From an uncultured Actinomycetota bacterium (GTDB taxonomy: Bacteria > Actinomycetota > Actinomycetes > Propionibacteriales > Nocardioidaceae), in the NCBI GenBank assembly GCA_963750495.1, contig CAVVQV010000017.1:71327-135326 (forward strand): a stretch of 64,000 nt of DNA, written 5' to 3'. The translations under genes and the position numbers were made by a program. This document shows, piece after piece, positions 36,570 to 46,054 of the stretch; positions within the stretch are counted from its first letter, which is position 1; each line of letters starts with the position of its first letter. Under the pieces are notes generated by a model. That model was not told where the DNA came from. It did not search any database and saw nothing but the letters and a program-made list of their open reading frames with translations.

Positions 36570-37052
36570 TCAGCGGACTCCCCACGAGTAGGTCTGCTTG
36601 TGGAGCTTGAGGTAGACGAAGGACTCCGTGCCGCGGACGCCCTCGATCGCGCGGATGCGCTTGGACAGTAGCTCGAGCAGGTGGTCGTCGCTCTCACAGA
36701 CCACCTCGACCATCAGGTCGAACGATCCCGCGGTCACGATGACGTAGTCGACCTCGGCCATGGTCGTCAGGGCCTCAGCGATGGGTTCGAGGTCGCCCTC
36801 GGCGTGGATGCCGATCATGGCCTGTCGTGCAAAGCCGAGCTGGAGCGGATCGGTGACGGCTACGATCTGCATGACCCCGCTGTCGAGCAACCGCTGCACC
36901 CGCTGGCGGACGGCCGCCTCGGACAGGCCGACGGCCTTGCCGATGGAGGCGTACGGCATCCGACCGTCCTTCTGCAGCTGGGCGATGATGCCCTTGGACA
37001 CCTCGTCGAGGACGGGATGTGTGCCGTTGTGGCGTTGGGTCACGGGCCCCAT
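36570..37052 (-). CDS. Lrp/AsnC family transcriptional regulator
   Basis: HTH (LDEVSKGIIAQLQKDGRMPYASIGKAVGLSEAAVRQRVQRL) plus an AsnC ligand-binding domain. ATG at 37052; the ORF-track start at 37322 adds 90 implausible residues. Confidence 0.9.
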   Translation of the reverse strand: MGPVTQRHNGTHPVLDEVSKGIIAQLQKDGRMPYASIGKAVGLSEAAVRQRVQRLLDSGVMQIVAVTDPLQLGFARQAMIGIHAEGDLEPIAEALTTMAEVDYVIVTAGSFDLMVEVVCESDDHLLELLSKRIRAIEGVRGTESFVYLKLHKQTYSWGVR

Positions 37053-37192
37053 CTTGGTAGCGAAAGGGTGGCTTGCGCAAGCAAAAAACTTCAGATTCCG
37101 TTGCGAATGAGGATCGTACCGATGGAATCCCTTGTCACGGCGACGGTCGTCTGACAAGATCGCGTCCACTGGATCAGGAAGAAGGATGATCG
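37053..37192. promoter_or_regulatory. divergent lrp / ABC-transporter control region, relatively AT-rich, with palindromes
   Basis: Perfect 12-bp palindrome GCTTGCGCAAGC (37071-37082) and ATTC-n6-GAAT (37095-37108), between the Lrp start (37052, minus) and the binding-protein start (37193, plus). Confidence 0.4.
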
Positions 37193-38365
37193 ATGGATGC
37201 TGCCGGGAAAACGACGTCGCAGGCCATTCCGCGCCGCACATTTCTCCGAGGAGCGTCTCTCTCTGCCGTGGCGCTGGCGGCCGGTCTGACGGGCTGCGGA
37301 ACCGCCGGCGCCAAGCTCGCACCCGGCTCTTGCAAGAGCACGGACTTGTCCGCCAGCCAGCCCTCGCTCATGTTCTCCAACTGGCCCCAGTACATCGACC
37401 CGATCAAGAAGAAGAACTCCTCGCTGAGTCGGTTCGAGGACGAGACGGGAATCTCGGTCAACTACGTCCCCGACGTCAACGACAACGAGACGTTCTTCGC
37501 CAAGGTCGCCAACCAGCTTGCCGGTTGCGAGTCCACCGGCCGCGACATCTTCACGCTGACCGACTGGATGGCAGCGAAGATGATCGAGCTCGGCTGGATC
37601 CAGAAGCTCGACAAGTCGCGGATGCCCAACGTCGATGCCAACATGCTGCCCTCGCTGAAGTCCCCGGGCTGGGACCCCAAACGTGAGTACAGCGCTCCGT
37701 GGCAGAGCGGCATGACCGGGATCTGTTACAACAAGGAGCTGACCGACCCGGTCGGGAGCTTCTCCGAACTGCTCACGCGCCCCGACCTCAAGGGCAAGGT
37801 CGACCTGCTCAGCGAGATGCGCGACACCATGTTGTTCATGCTTTTGCTCGACGACGCGGATCCCGAGGACTTCACGCTGACCCAGTTCGAGGCTGCCATC
37901 GAACGGCTCCAGAAGGCCGTGTCGGACGGACAGATCAGGCGATTCACCGGCAACGACTACACCGAAGACCTGCGGGGGGGCAACGTGGTCGCCTGCGAGG
38001 CCTGGAGCGGCGACATTCCGCAGCTCGGCGATCCCAAGTTCGTCTGGGTGCCTGCCGAAGAAGGCGTGGCGTTGTGGAGCGACAACATGATGGTTCCGAA
38101 CCGCGCAAACCACCAGTCCAACGCCGAAGAGCTCTTCGACTTCTACTACGACCCGAAGAACGCCGCCCAGCTGTCGGCGTGGAACTACTACTTCTGCCCG
38201 GTCGTGGGGGCAGAGGAGTACATCGGCGAGTACGACGAGGAAGCGGTCGGGAACCCCTTGATCTTCCCGACCCAGAAGTACCTCGAGAACGGATACGGCT
38301 TCATGGCACTCGGGGACCAGGAACGCGAGTACACCTCGCTCTTCTCAAAGGTGATGACTGGATGA
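37193..38365 (+). CDS. polyamine (spermidine/putrescine)-type ABC transporter substrate-binding lipoprotein
   Basis: RRTFLRGASLSAVALAAGLTGCG (Tat-like signal plus lipobox). PotD/PotF-family body. Confidence 0.85.
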   Translation: MDAAGKTTSQAIPRRTFLRGASLSAVALAAGLTGCGTAGAKLAPGSCKSTDLSASQPSLMFSNWPQYIDPIKKKNSSLSRFEDETGISVNYVPDVNDNETFFAKVANQLAGCESTGRDIFTLTDWMAAKMIELGWIQKLDKSRMPNVDANMLPSLKSPGWDPKREYSAPWQSGMTGICYNKELTDPVGSFSELLTRPDLKGKVDLLSEMRDTMLFMLLLDDADPEDFTLTQFEAAIERLQKAVSDGQIRRFTGNDYTEDLRGGNVVACEAWSGDIPQLGDPKFVWVPAEEGVALWSDNMMVPNRANHQSNAEELFDFYYDPKNAAQLSAWNYYFCPVVGAEEYIGEYDEEAVGNPLIFPTQKYLENGYGFMALGDQEREYTSLFSKVMTG

Positions 38366-39528
38366 CGATGACGGAGACTGAGACCGGCGCAAGCGTGGGT
38401 GATGGCCAGGACAAGGATCTACGGCTGGTCAACGTGACGAAGCGGTTCGCCTCGTTCACAGCGGTCGACGACCTGACCCTGACCGTGCCGGCGGGATCCT
38501 TCTTTGCGCTGCTGGGACCGTCCGGCTGCGGCAAGACGACCACGCTGCGGATGGTGGCCGGTCTCGAGCAACCCACCAAGGGTGAGTTGTTCATCGGCGA
38601 CGAGGAGATCTCGCGCCTCAAGGCTTACAAGCGCCCGGTCAACACCGTCTTCCAGTCGTATGCCCTGTTCCCACACCTGACGATCTTCGAGAACGTGGCC
38701 TTCGGGCTGCGTCGGCGCGGCCGCAACGACGTGAAGCAGACGGTTCAGGACATGCTCGACCTCGTCGAGCTGACCGATTTCGCTGCTCGCAAGCCCGCCC
38801 AGCTCTCCGGTGGTCAGCAGCAGCGGGTCGCCCTGGCCCGGGCCTTGATCAACAAACCCGGCGTGCTGCTCCTCGACGAGCCGCTTGGTGCACTTGACCT
38901 CAAGCTGCGCCGGCAGATGCAGATCGAGCTCAAGCAGATCCAGGACGAGGTGGGCATCACGTTCGTGCACGTGACCCATGACCAGGAAGAGGCCATGACG
39001 ATGGCCGACACGATCGCTGTCATGAACCAGGGGATCATCGAGCAGATGGGGGCCCCCGAGGAGCTGTACGAGAACCCTGAGACGACGTTCGTCGCCAACT
39101 TCCTGGGCCAGTCCAACCTCGTCAAGGTCGATGTCGTCGCGCAGACCGGCGAGTTCACCCAGGTCAACTGCAACGGTGCGAAGCTGGTCGTCCCGACCAA
39201 ACGCGACCACAGCGGTGGCGGCAAGGGCTGGCTCGGCGTCCGCCCGGAGAAGATCTTCCTCGGCGCTCCGGGGGACGAGGACCACGGTGACGCGAACGTC
39301 CTCACCGGCGCGCGGGTCAGTGACGTGAGCTTCGTGGGGGTGAGCACCCAGTACCTCGTGCGGATGCCCTGGGGTCAGGAGTTGATGGTCTTTGAGCAGA
39401 ACACCGGTCAGCGGGAGCGCTTCGCCCAAGGCGCTGAGGTCGAGCTTGCCTGGAACCCGGCGCACTCGTTCCTGCTCGATCCGGAACAGGACGCGGAGGC
39501 CGGTGTCACCCGCGAGGAGGACCTGTGA
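38362..39528 (+). CDS. ABC transporter ATP-binding protein (PotA/PotG-like)
   Basis: Walker A GPSGCGKTT, signature LSGGQQQRV, Walker B LLLDEPLGALD, and a C-terminal TOBE-like domain. ATG 38362 overlaps the upstream stop (ATGA). Confidence 0.92.
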   Translation: MTMTETETGASVGDGQDKDLRLVNVTKRFASFTAVDDLTLTVPAGSFFALLGPSGCGKTTTLRMVAGLEQPTKGELFIGDEEISRLKAYKRPVNTVFQSYALFPHLTIFENVAFGLRRRGRNDVKQTVQDMLDLVELTDFAARKPAQLSGGQQQRVALARALINKPGVLLLDEPLGALDLKLRRQMQIELKQIQDEVGITFVHVTHDQEEAMTMADTIAVMNQGIIEQMGAPEELYENPETTFVANFLGQSNLVKVDVVAQTGEFTQVNCNGAKLVVPTKRDHSGGGKGWLGVRPEKIFLGAPGDEDHGDANVLTGARVSDVSFVGVSTQYLVRMPWGQELMVFEQNTGQRERFAQGAEVELAWNPAHSFLLDPEQDAEAGVTREEDL

Positions 39529-40418
39529 GCGTCGCTCCCGTCGTGGAGCCACCGGTCGCTGACGGTGAGGTAGCGCGTCGCCGCGGCTGGGGTTGGTTGC
39601 TGATCGTCCCAGGGATGATCTGGCTCGCGGTCTTCTTCGTGGTGCCGACCGTCCAGCTCGTCGGCACCAGCTTGTACAACCCGGTCGGCTCGTTCGAGTT
39701 CGGCTACAACATGACATGGCACATCCAGAACTACGGTGACGCGATCTCGGAGAACACCAAGTTCTTCGTGCGGTCGTTCATGTACGCCGGGATCGCCACG
39801 TTGTTGTGCTTCCTGCTCGCCTACCCGTTGGCCTATGCCATCGCGTTCAAGGCCGGCCGGTGGAAGAACTTCATGCTCGTGCTGGTGATCGCCCCGTTCT
39901 TCACCAGCTTCCTGCTGAGGACGCTGACCTGGCAGTCGATCCTGTCCGACCGCGGCTTCGTCGTCGACACCATGAAGACGCTGCACCTGTTGCCCTCCGA
40001 CGGGCGGCTGCTCGCGACGTCGTTCGCGGTCGTCGCCGGGCTCACTTACAACTTCCTGCCCTTCATGACGTTGCCGATCTACGCCAGTCTCGACAAGGTG
40101 GATCCGCGGCTCGTCGAGGCGTCGTCGGACCTGTATGCCGGGCCGTTCACTGGACTCCGCAAGGTGACGTTCCCGCTGTCGTTGCCCGGAGTGGTCTCCG
40201 GGACCCTGTTGACGTTCATCCCTGCCTGTGGCGACTACATCAACGCAGAGCTGCTGGGAACACCGCGGCAGTTCATGATCGGCAACAAGATCCAGGACGC
40301 CTATCTGCGGCAGAAGGACTATCCGCAGGCAGCCACGCTCTCCATCATCTTGATGGTCATCGTGCTGGTGATGGTCATCACCTACATACGTAGGGCCGGC
40401 ACGGAGGAGCTCGTCTGA
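39525..40418 (+). CDS. ABC transporter permease (PotB/PotH-like)
   Basis: Six TM segments and an EAA-type loop (VEASSDLYAGPFTGLRKVTFPL). 4-nt overlap with the ATPase gene. Confidence 0.9.
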   Translation: MSVAPVVEPPVADGEVARRRGWGWLLIVPGMIWLAVFFVVPTVQLVGTSLYNPVGSFEFGYNMTWHIQNYGDAISENTKFFVRSFMYAGIATLLCFLLAYPLAYAIAFKAGRWKNFMLVLVIAPFFTSFLLRTLTWQSILSDRGFVVDTMKTLHLLPSDGRLLATSFAVVAGLTYNFLPFMTLPIYASLDKVDPRLVEASSDLYAGPFTGLRKVTFPLSLPGVVSGTLLTFIPACGDYINAELLGTPRQFMIGNKIQDAYLRQKDYPQAATLSIILMVIVLVMVITYIRRAGTEELV

Positions 40419-41296
40419 TGGCCGCGACCGCAACAAGGCCGGGGAACCAGCGAACGACCCCCTCTACTCGGCGACCGCGAGGGGGTGGCATCGTCGGTTG
40501 GTTCCGCGATCACATCGTGCTGCTGATCGGGTGCGCTGTCCTCATCTACACGTTCATCCCGATCGCGTACGTGATCGCGCTGTCGTTCAACGAACCCTCG
40601 GGTCGAGCGGCCAGCACGCAGTGGAACCAGTTCACCTGGAACAACTGGCAGACGATCTGTGAGCCGGAAGGCATGTGCTCGGCCCTCAAGCTCAGCTTCC
40701 AGGTGAGCATCACCGCCACGATCATGGCCACCCTCCTCGGAACCCTGCTGGCCTTCGGCATAGTCCGCCACAGCTTCCGGGGGCGTGCCGCGACGAACAT
40801 CCTGGTCTTCCTGCCGATGGCCACGCCTGAGGTGGTCATGGGTTCCAGCCTGCTCGCGATGTTCGTCGCAGCCGGGTTCAACAGCTACCTGGGCTTCGCA
40901 ACGATCGTGATCGCGCACGTGCTGTTCTGCCTGTCGTTCGTGGTCGTGACCGTCAAGGCGCGGTTGGCGGGCATGGACTCGCGGCTGGAGCAGGCCGCGA
41001 TGGACCTGTACGCGAACGAGTGGCAGGCGTTCCGCCTGATCACGCTGCCACTGGCGATGCCGGGCATCGTGGCCGCCTCATTGCTGGCCTTCTCATTGTC
41101 GTTCGACGACTTCATCGTCACCAACTTCACGTCCGGCAGTGACGTCACGTTCCCGCTGTTCATCTATGGCGCCAAGCAGCGCGGCTTCCCACCGCAGGTC
41201 TTCGTCATCGGGACGCTCATGTTCCTGATCTCGTTCGTCTTCGTCATCGGTGGCGAGCTCTGGCGACGTCGGCGCGCGGCTGCTCTGACGGGTTGA
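40418..41296 (+). CDS. ABC transporter permease (PotC/PotI-like)
   Basis: EAA-type loop (EQAAMDLYANEWQAFRLITLPL). 1-nt overlap with the upstream permease gene. Confidence 0.9.
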   Translation: MAATATRPGNQRTTPSTRRPRGGGIVGWFRDHIVLLIGCAVLIYTFIPIAYVIALSFNEPSGRAASTQWNQFTWNNWQTICEPEGMCSALKLSFQVSITATIMATLLGTLLAFGIVRHSFRGRAATNILVFLPMATPEVVMGSSLLAMFVAAGFNSYLGFATIVIAHVLFCLSFVVVTVKARLAGMDSRLEQAAMDLYANEWQAFRLITLPLAMPGIVAASLLAFSLSFDDFIVTNFTSGSDVTFPLFIYGAKQRGFPPQVFVIGTLMFLISFVFVIGGELWRRRRAAALTG

Positions 41297-41326
41297 CGAC
41301 TCGGTGGGCTCGAACAGAATGGCAGT

Positions 41327-41707
41327 ATGAGCGATCCGGTTCGCGTGATCCGGCAGGGCGACCTCGTCCAGGCTGATCCCACGCCAGGGATGATGCGTGA
41401 GCGCGCCTTCGAGGTCTCAACGTTGTGGGCAGGGCAGGTCGAAACCGCGCCCGGAGCTGTCTCCGGTTGGCATCACCACGATCGCAACGAGACGAGTCTG
41501 TTCGTCGTGTCGGGCGTCCTTCGGCTGGAGTTCGAGGGTCACGACGGGTACGTCGATGCCCGTGCCGGTGACTTCGTGCACGTGCCGGCCTACACCGTGC
41601 ATCGCGAGAGCAACCCGAGCGACGAGGCTTCGGTGGCTGTCATCGCCCGGGCCGGGGGAGGGACGCCGACCGTGAACGTCGACGACCCGACCACTCCGGC
41701 GCCTTAG
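41327..41707 (+). CDS. cupin domain-containing protein
   Basis: Cupin motifs GWHHHDRNETSLFVVSG and GDFVHVPAYTVHRE. Confidence 0.8.
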   Translation: MSDPVRVIRQGDLVQADPTPGMMRERAFEVSTLWAGQVETAPGAVSGWHHHDRNETSLFVVSGVLRLEFEGHDGYVDARAGDFVHVPAYTVHRESNPSDEASVAVIARAGGGTPTVNVDDPTTPAP

Positions 41708-41764
41708 TCCTGCCCTGCGGCCCTGACCTGCAGCCCTGACCGCACGCCGTCGTACGATCGGCCC

Positions 41765-42181
41765 GTGTCACCACGAACGCGCAAGGCCCGCATCGAGGAT
41801 GTGCATGAGATCGCGCTGTCCATGCCGCACGTCACCATTGATCAGCGTGCAAGTGACAACCCCGTCTATCAGGTCGGTCGCAAGTCGTTCATCTTCTTCC
41901 GAACCCCTCGTCCGGATGCCGTCGACCCGGAGAGCGGCGAGCGCTATACCGACGTGATCGTCTTCTGGGTGGGTTCGGAGGCAGACAAGGAAGCTCTGGT
42001 GCAGGACGCGTCGTCGCCGTTCTTCACCACACCGCACTTCGACGGCCACCAGTCCGTGCTGCTCCGGGCATCGCGGATCGGGGAGCTGACTCGGGCAGAA
42101 CTCACCGAGGTCATCCAGGATGCGTGGCTCTCGCGCGCGTCGCCGGCTCGCGCTCGGCAGTGGCTCGAGACCCACACCTGA
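41765..42181 (+). CDS. MmcQ/YjbR family DNA-binding protein (tentative)
   Basis: Size and N-terminal pattern (IHEIALSMPHVT..., FIFFRTP) resemble YjbR/MmcQ-like proteins. Called from memory of the family only. Confidence 0.5.
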   Translation: MSPRTRKARIEDVHEIALSMPHVTIDQRASDNPVYQVGRKSFIFFRTPRPDAVDPESGERYTDVIVFWVGSEADKEALVQDASSPFFTTPHFDGHQSVLLRASRIGELTRAELTEVIQDAWLSRASPARARQWLETHT

Positions 42182-42263
42182 GCTCCGACGGCCGACCAGT
42201 TGTTTCAGGCGCCAAGTACTTCGCGGCGCGCACAGGCAGCGGCGGGAGCCCGAAAGGGCGGGT

Positions 42264-43649
42264 TCAGGCAGTAGGCAATGCCGGGGCGGCGGTAATTGGC
42301 CAGTGCGTGCCGGTGTGGTCGACCAGGAGGTAGCGGCCGTGGGGGGTGCGCCACACGAACACGCCGGTGAAGGGTTGGGCGACCTGCCAGTGGCCGTGGG
42401 TCTTGACCCGATGGTGGAACCGGGTGATGGGGCCGAGCTTGCCGAGGCCGGTCTGACCGGGTGGTCCACCGTCGTCGGGTTTGACGAACGGAATGGTGTG
42501 GTCGATGTCGCCGGTCCTGCGGGTGGAGGTGGCGTAGGGGAAGCAGTCCACGGGGATGGCGAGGTGGACGGCTTCGCGGATCCGGTCGGGGATCTCATAC
42601 GCATCGACCGGGATCTGGTCGTTGAGGTCGATCACGGGCTTCACCACGACGTTGGCGTGGCCGAGCCAGGTCTTGACCCGGTCGAGGGTGACCGGTCCGA
42701 CCTGCTCCACCCTGGCCACGCCTTGACCGGTGGTCAGGGTCTGGTCGGTGAGGTGGACATACACGGTGACGTCGGGCCGGGTGTCGACCGGCTTGGCCCG
42801 ACCCGAACGCGCTTGACCCGTCGCAGTCTGAAGGTCAGCCGCAGCCGACACAGGGCCGGACGGCTCGGTCTGCCCGCCGGCGGCGTCGATGTCGGCGAAC
42901 AGGTCCAGGGCGTGTTGGGGGTGGGCCAGGATCCCCACCGCCGCCGCCCGCCGCACATCCACGGGGCGGGTGTCGCCCAGCGCACCCAGGCCGGTGGCGA
43001 GGCCGCCGATCGAAGCGTTGAACCGCAACGCGTCGGGTGCTTCAGCCCGGATGAAGATCTCGCCGGCGCCGGGCTCGGAGGGCTGGTCCTTGACCCACAC
43101 TCCCAACGCTCCCTGTGCGGCCGCGTCGGCTTCAGCGGCAGCCTCGGGGTCACACTCCATCCAGCAGGCGGCGATGATCGATTCGATCCGACCCCACGAC
43201 AAGGAATGCGCGTACTTCGCGATGCGCCGGTCCACCACCGCGGCGGTCTCCACCGACAGGTGGCGGGTGGCTTCGGCGGTCCGGCGGCCGATCCACGGCT
43301 TCACCTCACCGGCCACGATCCGGGCCCACAGGCGTGGCAGCCGATGCCGCAGATCGAGCGCGTCGCCGACCAGCCGCTCTGCAGCGGCGGTCGAGGTCGC
43401 CAGCACCACGCCGAGCTCGGCCGGGGCGAACTCAGCCACCGCAGGGGTCCCGTCCCCACCGAAGCAGACCAGTTTCTCCGACCCGGGCAGCAGCGGGCTC
43501 GTGGCGCGGGCGAGCTCACCGTGCAAGTCCGCCCAGTGCGCGGCGGCCTCCAGCAACCTGACCTCTCCTTGTTCGACGACCGCGCGGGCGGTCTCGACGT
43601 AGGACAGAGTGGCTGTCGCGTCGAGAGCATCGAGGTCATGATCGAACAT
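42264..43649 (-). CDS. HNH endonuclease with N-terminal DUF222 region (13E12-repeat-type selfish gene)
   Basis: N-terminus MFDHDLDALDATATLSYVETARAVVEQGEVRLLEAAAHWADLHG is typical DUF222. C-terminal HNH CFPYATST..DIDHTIPF..ITRFHHRVKTHG. ATG at 43649. Confidence 0.85.
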   Translation of the reverse strand: MFDHDLDALDATATLSYVETARAVVEQGEVRLLEAAAHWADLHGELARATSPLLPGSEKLVCFGGDGTPAVAEFAPAELGVVLATSTAAAERLVGDALDLRHRLPRLWARIVAGEVKPWIGRRTAEATRHLSVETAAVVDRRIAKYAHSLSWGRIESIIAACWMECDPEAAAEADAAAQGALGVWVKDQPSEPGAGEIFIRAEAPDALRFNASIGGLATGLGALGDTRPVDVRRAAAVGILAHPQHALDLFADIDAAGGQTEPSGPVSAAADLQTATGQARSGRAKPVDTRPDVTVYVHLTDQTLTTGQGVARVEQVGPVTLDRVKTWLGHANVVVKPVIDLNDQIPVDAYEIPDRIREAVHLAIPVDCFPYATSTRRTGDIDHTIPFVKPDDGGPPGQTGLGKLGPITRFHHRVKTHGHWQVAQPFTGVFVWRTPHGRYLLVDHTGTHWPITAAPALPTA

Positions 43650-43804
43650 GTGTTCGATTCTACCCGACCTCCTTGCCAGTGCCCAGACATTTTTCGCCTT
43701 GTGCACAACGGTTTCCGGGTCTCGAGCAGCCGGTCGTGAGCTCGTCGAAGGGCTCGATCGACGGGACCCAACTGATCGAGCCTGTCGACGGGCGGGCCCG
43801 GCGC

Positions 43805-43847
43805 AAAAGCGACGGTGCGTCCGCAGAGTTGTCGCGAACGCACCGTC
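43805..43847 (-). terminator. intrinsic terminator-like hairpin after the transaminase gene
   Basis: On the minus strand: GACGGTGCGT-n17-ACGCACCGTC followed by GCTTTTGC. A second small hairpin, GGGAGC-n5-GCTCCC (43857-43873), lies directly after the stop. Confidence 0.5.
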
Positions 43848-43884
43848 TTCAGGGGAGGGAGCCCGGAGCTCCCGGGGATGAGGT

Positions 43885-45282
43885 TCAGATCTTGGTCGAG
43901 GCCTCCGTCAACACCGAGCGGAGGATCTGCTCGATCTCGTCGAAGTGCTGCTGGTCGCAGATCAGTGGGGGCGAGAGCTGGATGACGGGGTCGCCGCGGT
44001 CGTCGGCCCGGCAGTACAGGCCGGCGGAGTACAGCGCCTTGGACAGGAACCCACGCAGCAGCTTCTCGGCCTCGTCGTCGTTGAAGGTCTCCTTCGTCGC
44101 CTTGTCCTTGACGAGCTCGATGCCGTAGAAGTACCCGTCACCGCGGACGTCACCGACAATCGGGAGGTCGTAGAGCTTCTCGAGCGTGTTGCGGAAGGCG
44201 TCCTGGTTGGCCAGCACGTTTTCGTTGATGTGCTCGCGTTCGAAGATGTCGAGGTTGGCCATGGCAACCGCGGTCGAGACGGGGTGACCGCCGAACGTGT
44301 AGCCGTGCATGAAGGACGCGTCGCCCTTCGAGAAGGGCTCGAACAACCTGTCGGTCGCGATCATCGCCCCGAGCGGCGCGTAACCGGACGTCAGGCCCTT
44401 GGCGCAGGTGATCATGTCGGGCTGGTAGCCGTAGCGCTCGGCGCCGAACATGTGCCCGAGGCGGCCGAAGGCGCAGATGACCTCGTCGCTGACGAGGAGC
44501 ACGTCGTACTCGTCGCAGATCTCGCGTACGCGCTGGAAGTACCCAGGCGGCGGCGGGAAGCAGCCGCCGGCGTTCTGGACCGGCTCGAGGAAGACGGCGG
44601 CGACGGTGTCGGCGCCCTCGTTCTCGATGGCCACGGCGATCTGGTCAGCGGCCCAGCGACCGAAGGCCTCGGGGTCGTCGCCATGGATGGGGGCGCGGTA
44701 GATGTTGGTGTTGGGCACGCGGAACGTACTCGGGACGAGCGGCTCGAACATCGCCTTGAGCTCGGGCAGACCCGTGATCGACAACGCGCCCTGGGTGGTC
44801 CCGTGGTACGCGATCGCCCGGCTGATCACCTTGTGCTTGCCAGGCTTGCCGGTCATCTTGAAGTACTGCTTCGCCAGCTTCCACGCAGTCTCGACCGCCT
44901 CGCCGCCTCCGGTCGTGAAGAAGACCCGGTTGAGGTCACCAGGGGCGTAGGACGCCATCCGCTGGGCAAGCTCGATGGCGTTCGGGTGCGCGTAGGACCA
45001 CAGCGGCATGAACGCCAGCTGCTGGGTCTGCCGCGCGGCGGCCTCGGCGAGCTCGGTTCGGCCGTGGCCGAGCTGGCTCACGAACAAGCCGGCGAGCGCG
45101 TCGAGATAGCGCTTGCCGTGCGCGTCATAGATGTACGGTCCCTCGCCGCGCACGATGATTGGGACGTCGGCATTCTCGTACGACGACATGCGGGTGAAGT
45201 GCATCCACAGGTGGTCACGCGCAGACTGTTGGAGGGCAGCATGGTCCAGTGCGGTGCTGTCGAGTCTCTGGTCGATCGTCAT
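43885..45282 (-). CDS. class III (omega) aminotransferase, putrescine/beta-alanine--pyruvate transaminase-like
   Basis: HLWMHFTRM..., SQLGHGR, DEVICAFGRLGHMFG, and the PLP-lysine region ITCAKGLTSGYAPLG. ATG at 45282. Confidence 0.88.
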   Translation of the reverse strand: MTIDQRLDSTALDHAALQQSARDHLWMHFTRMSSYENADVPIIVRGEGPYIYDAHGKRYLDALAGLFVSQLGHGRTELAEAAARQTQQLAFMPLWSYAHPNAIELAQRMASYAPGDLNRVFFTTGGGEAVETAWKLAKQYFKMTGKPGKHKVISRAIAYHGTTQGALSITGLPELKAMFEPLVPSTFRVPNTNIYRAPIHGDDPEAFGRWAADQIAVAIENEGADTVAAVFLEPVQNAGGCFPPPPGYFQRVREICDEYDVLLVSDEVICAFGRLGHMFGAERYGYQPDMITCAKGLTSGYAPLGAMIATDRLFEPFSKGDASFMHGYTFGGHPVSTAVAMANLDIFEREHINENVLANQDAFRNTLEKLYDLPIVGDVRGDGYFYGIELVKDKATKETFNDDEAEKLLRGFLSKALYSAGLYCRADDRGDPVIQLSPPLICDQQHFDEIEQILRSVLTEASTKI

Positions 45283-45511
45283 GGCGGTCAGTCTGCCGTA
45301 TCGCCAAACGTCTAGGCAAGTGAATCCGTGGCCAGACTCCGGATCGCGGTGATACTGCGTGGTTGAAGACACGTCAAACGACGAAATCCGTTGCGTGCCC
45401 GGTCTGTCCAGGTCCTGATCGACCCGCAGGCAACCGAACGCCGTGGCCAGCGGGTCCTGATGGGTGAGGGAAGCCGGAACAGAGCGCAGCTGGGCACGAG
45501 AGGATGACGCG

Positions 45512-46054
45512 GTGATCGATCGGGGGAGCACGCGCGAGACGTTCGAGGACTTCGTGACGGCGCGATCGGTTGGCCTGCTCCGCACGGCCTACCTGCTGAC
45601 GCAGGACAGCCATCTCGCCGAGGACCTGGTCCAGACCGCGCTGGCCAAGGCCTGGCGGTCCTGGGGACGGGTCCAGACGAGCCCCGACGCCTACGTGCGC
45701 AAGATCCTCGTCAACACCTATTCCTCCTGGTGGCGTCGGAAGTGGAACGGGGAACATCCGACCGATGACCTTCCTGACACCGAGCAGCACGCGAACGATC
45801 CGGCCGACCGCGGTACGACGCATGACGTACGAACCGCCCTGGCCCGGCTGCCCAGACGACAGCGCGCCGTGGTCGTGCTCCGGTTCTTCGAGGACCTGAG
45901 CGAGGCCGAGACGGCGCGCCTGCTCGAGTGCAGCGTCGGCACGGTCAAGAGCCAGTCCAGCAAGGCACTGGCCAAGCTGCGGGTCGATCCGAGTCTGGCC
46001 GTTGCTGATGACGACACGCGCCCAAGCCGTGACAACGAGGGGGTAGTCCGATGA
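45512..46054 (+). CDS. SigE-family (ECF-like) RNA polymerase sigma factor
   Basis: Region 2 (FEDFVTARSVGLLRTAYLLTQDSHLAEDLVQTALAKAW) and region 4 HTH (LPRRQRAVVVLRFFEDLSEAETARLLECSVGTVKS). GTG 45512 follows GAGAGGA. An alternative GTG lies at 45464. Confidence 0.85.
   Translation: MIDRGSTRETFEDFVTARSVGLLRTAYLLTQDSHLAEDLVQTALAKAWRSWGRVQTSPDAYVRKILVNTYSSWWRRKWNGEHPTDDLPDTEQHANDPADRGTTHDVRTALARLPRRQRAVVVLRFFEDLSEAETARLLECSVGTVKSQSSKALAKLRVDPSLAVADDDTRPSRDNEGVVR

Noticed and set aside
41716-41740. A short duplicated GCCCTGACC in the cupin-MmcQ spacer.
   Set aside because: There are two 9-nt copies only, which is within chance expectation for GC-rich sequence.
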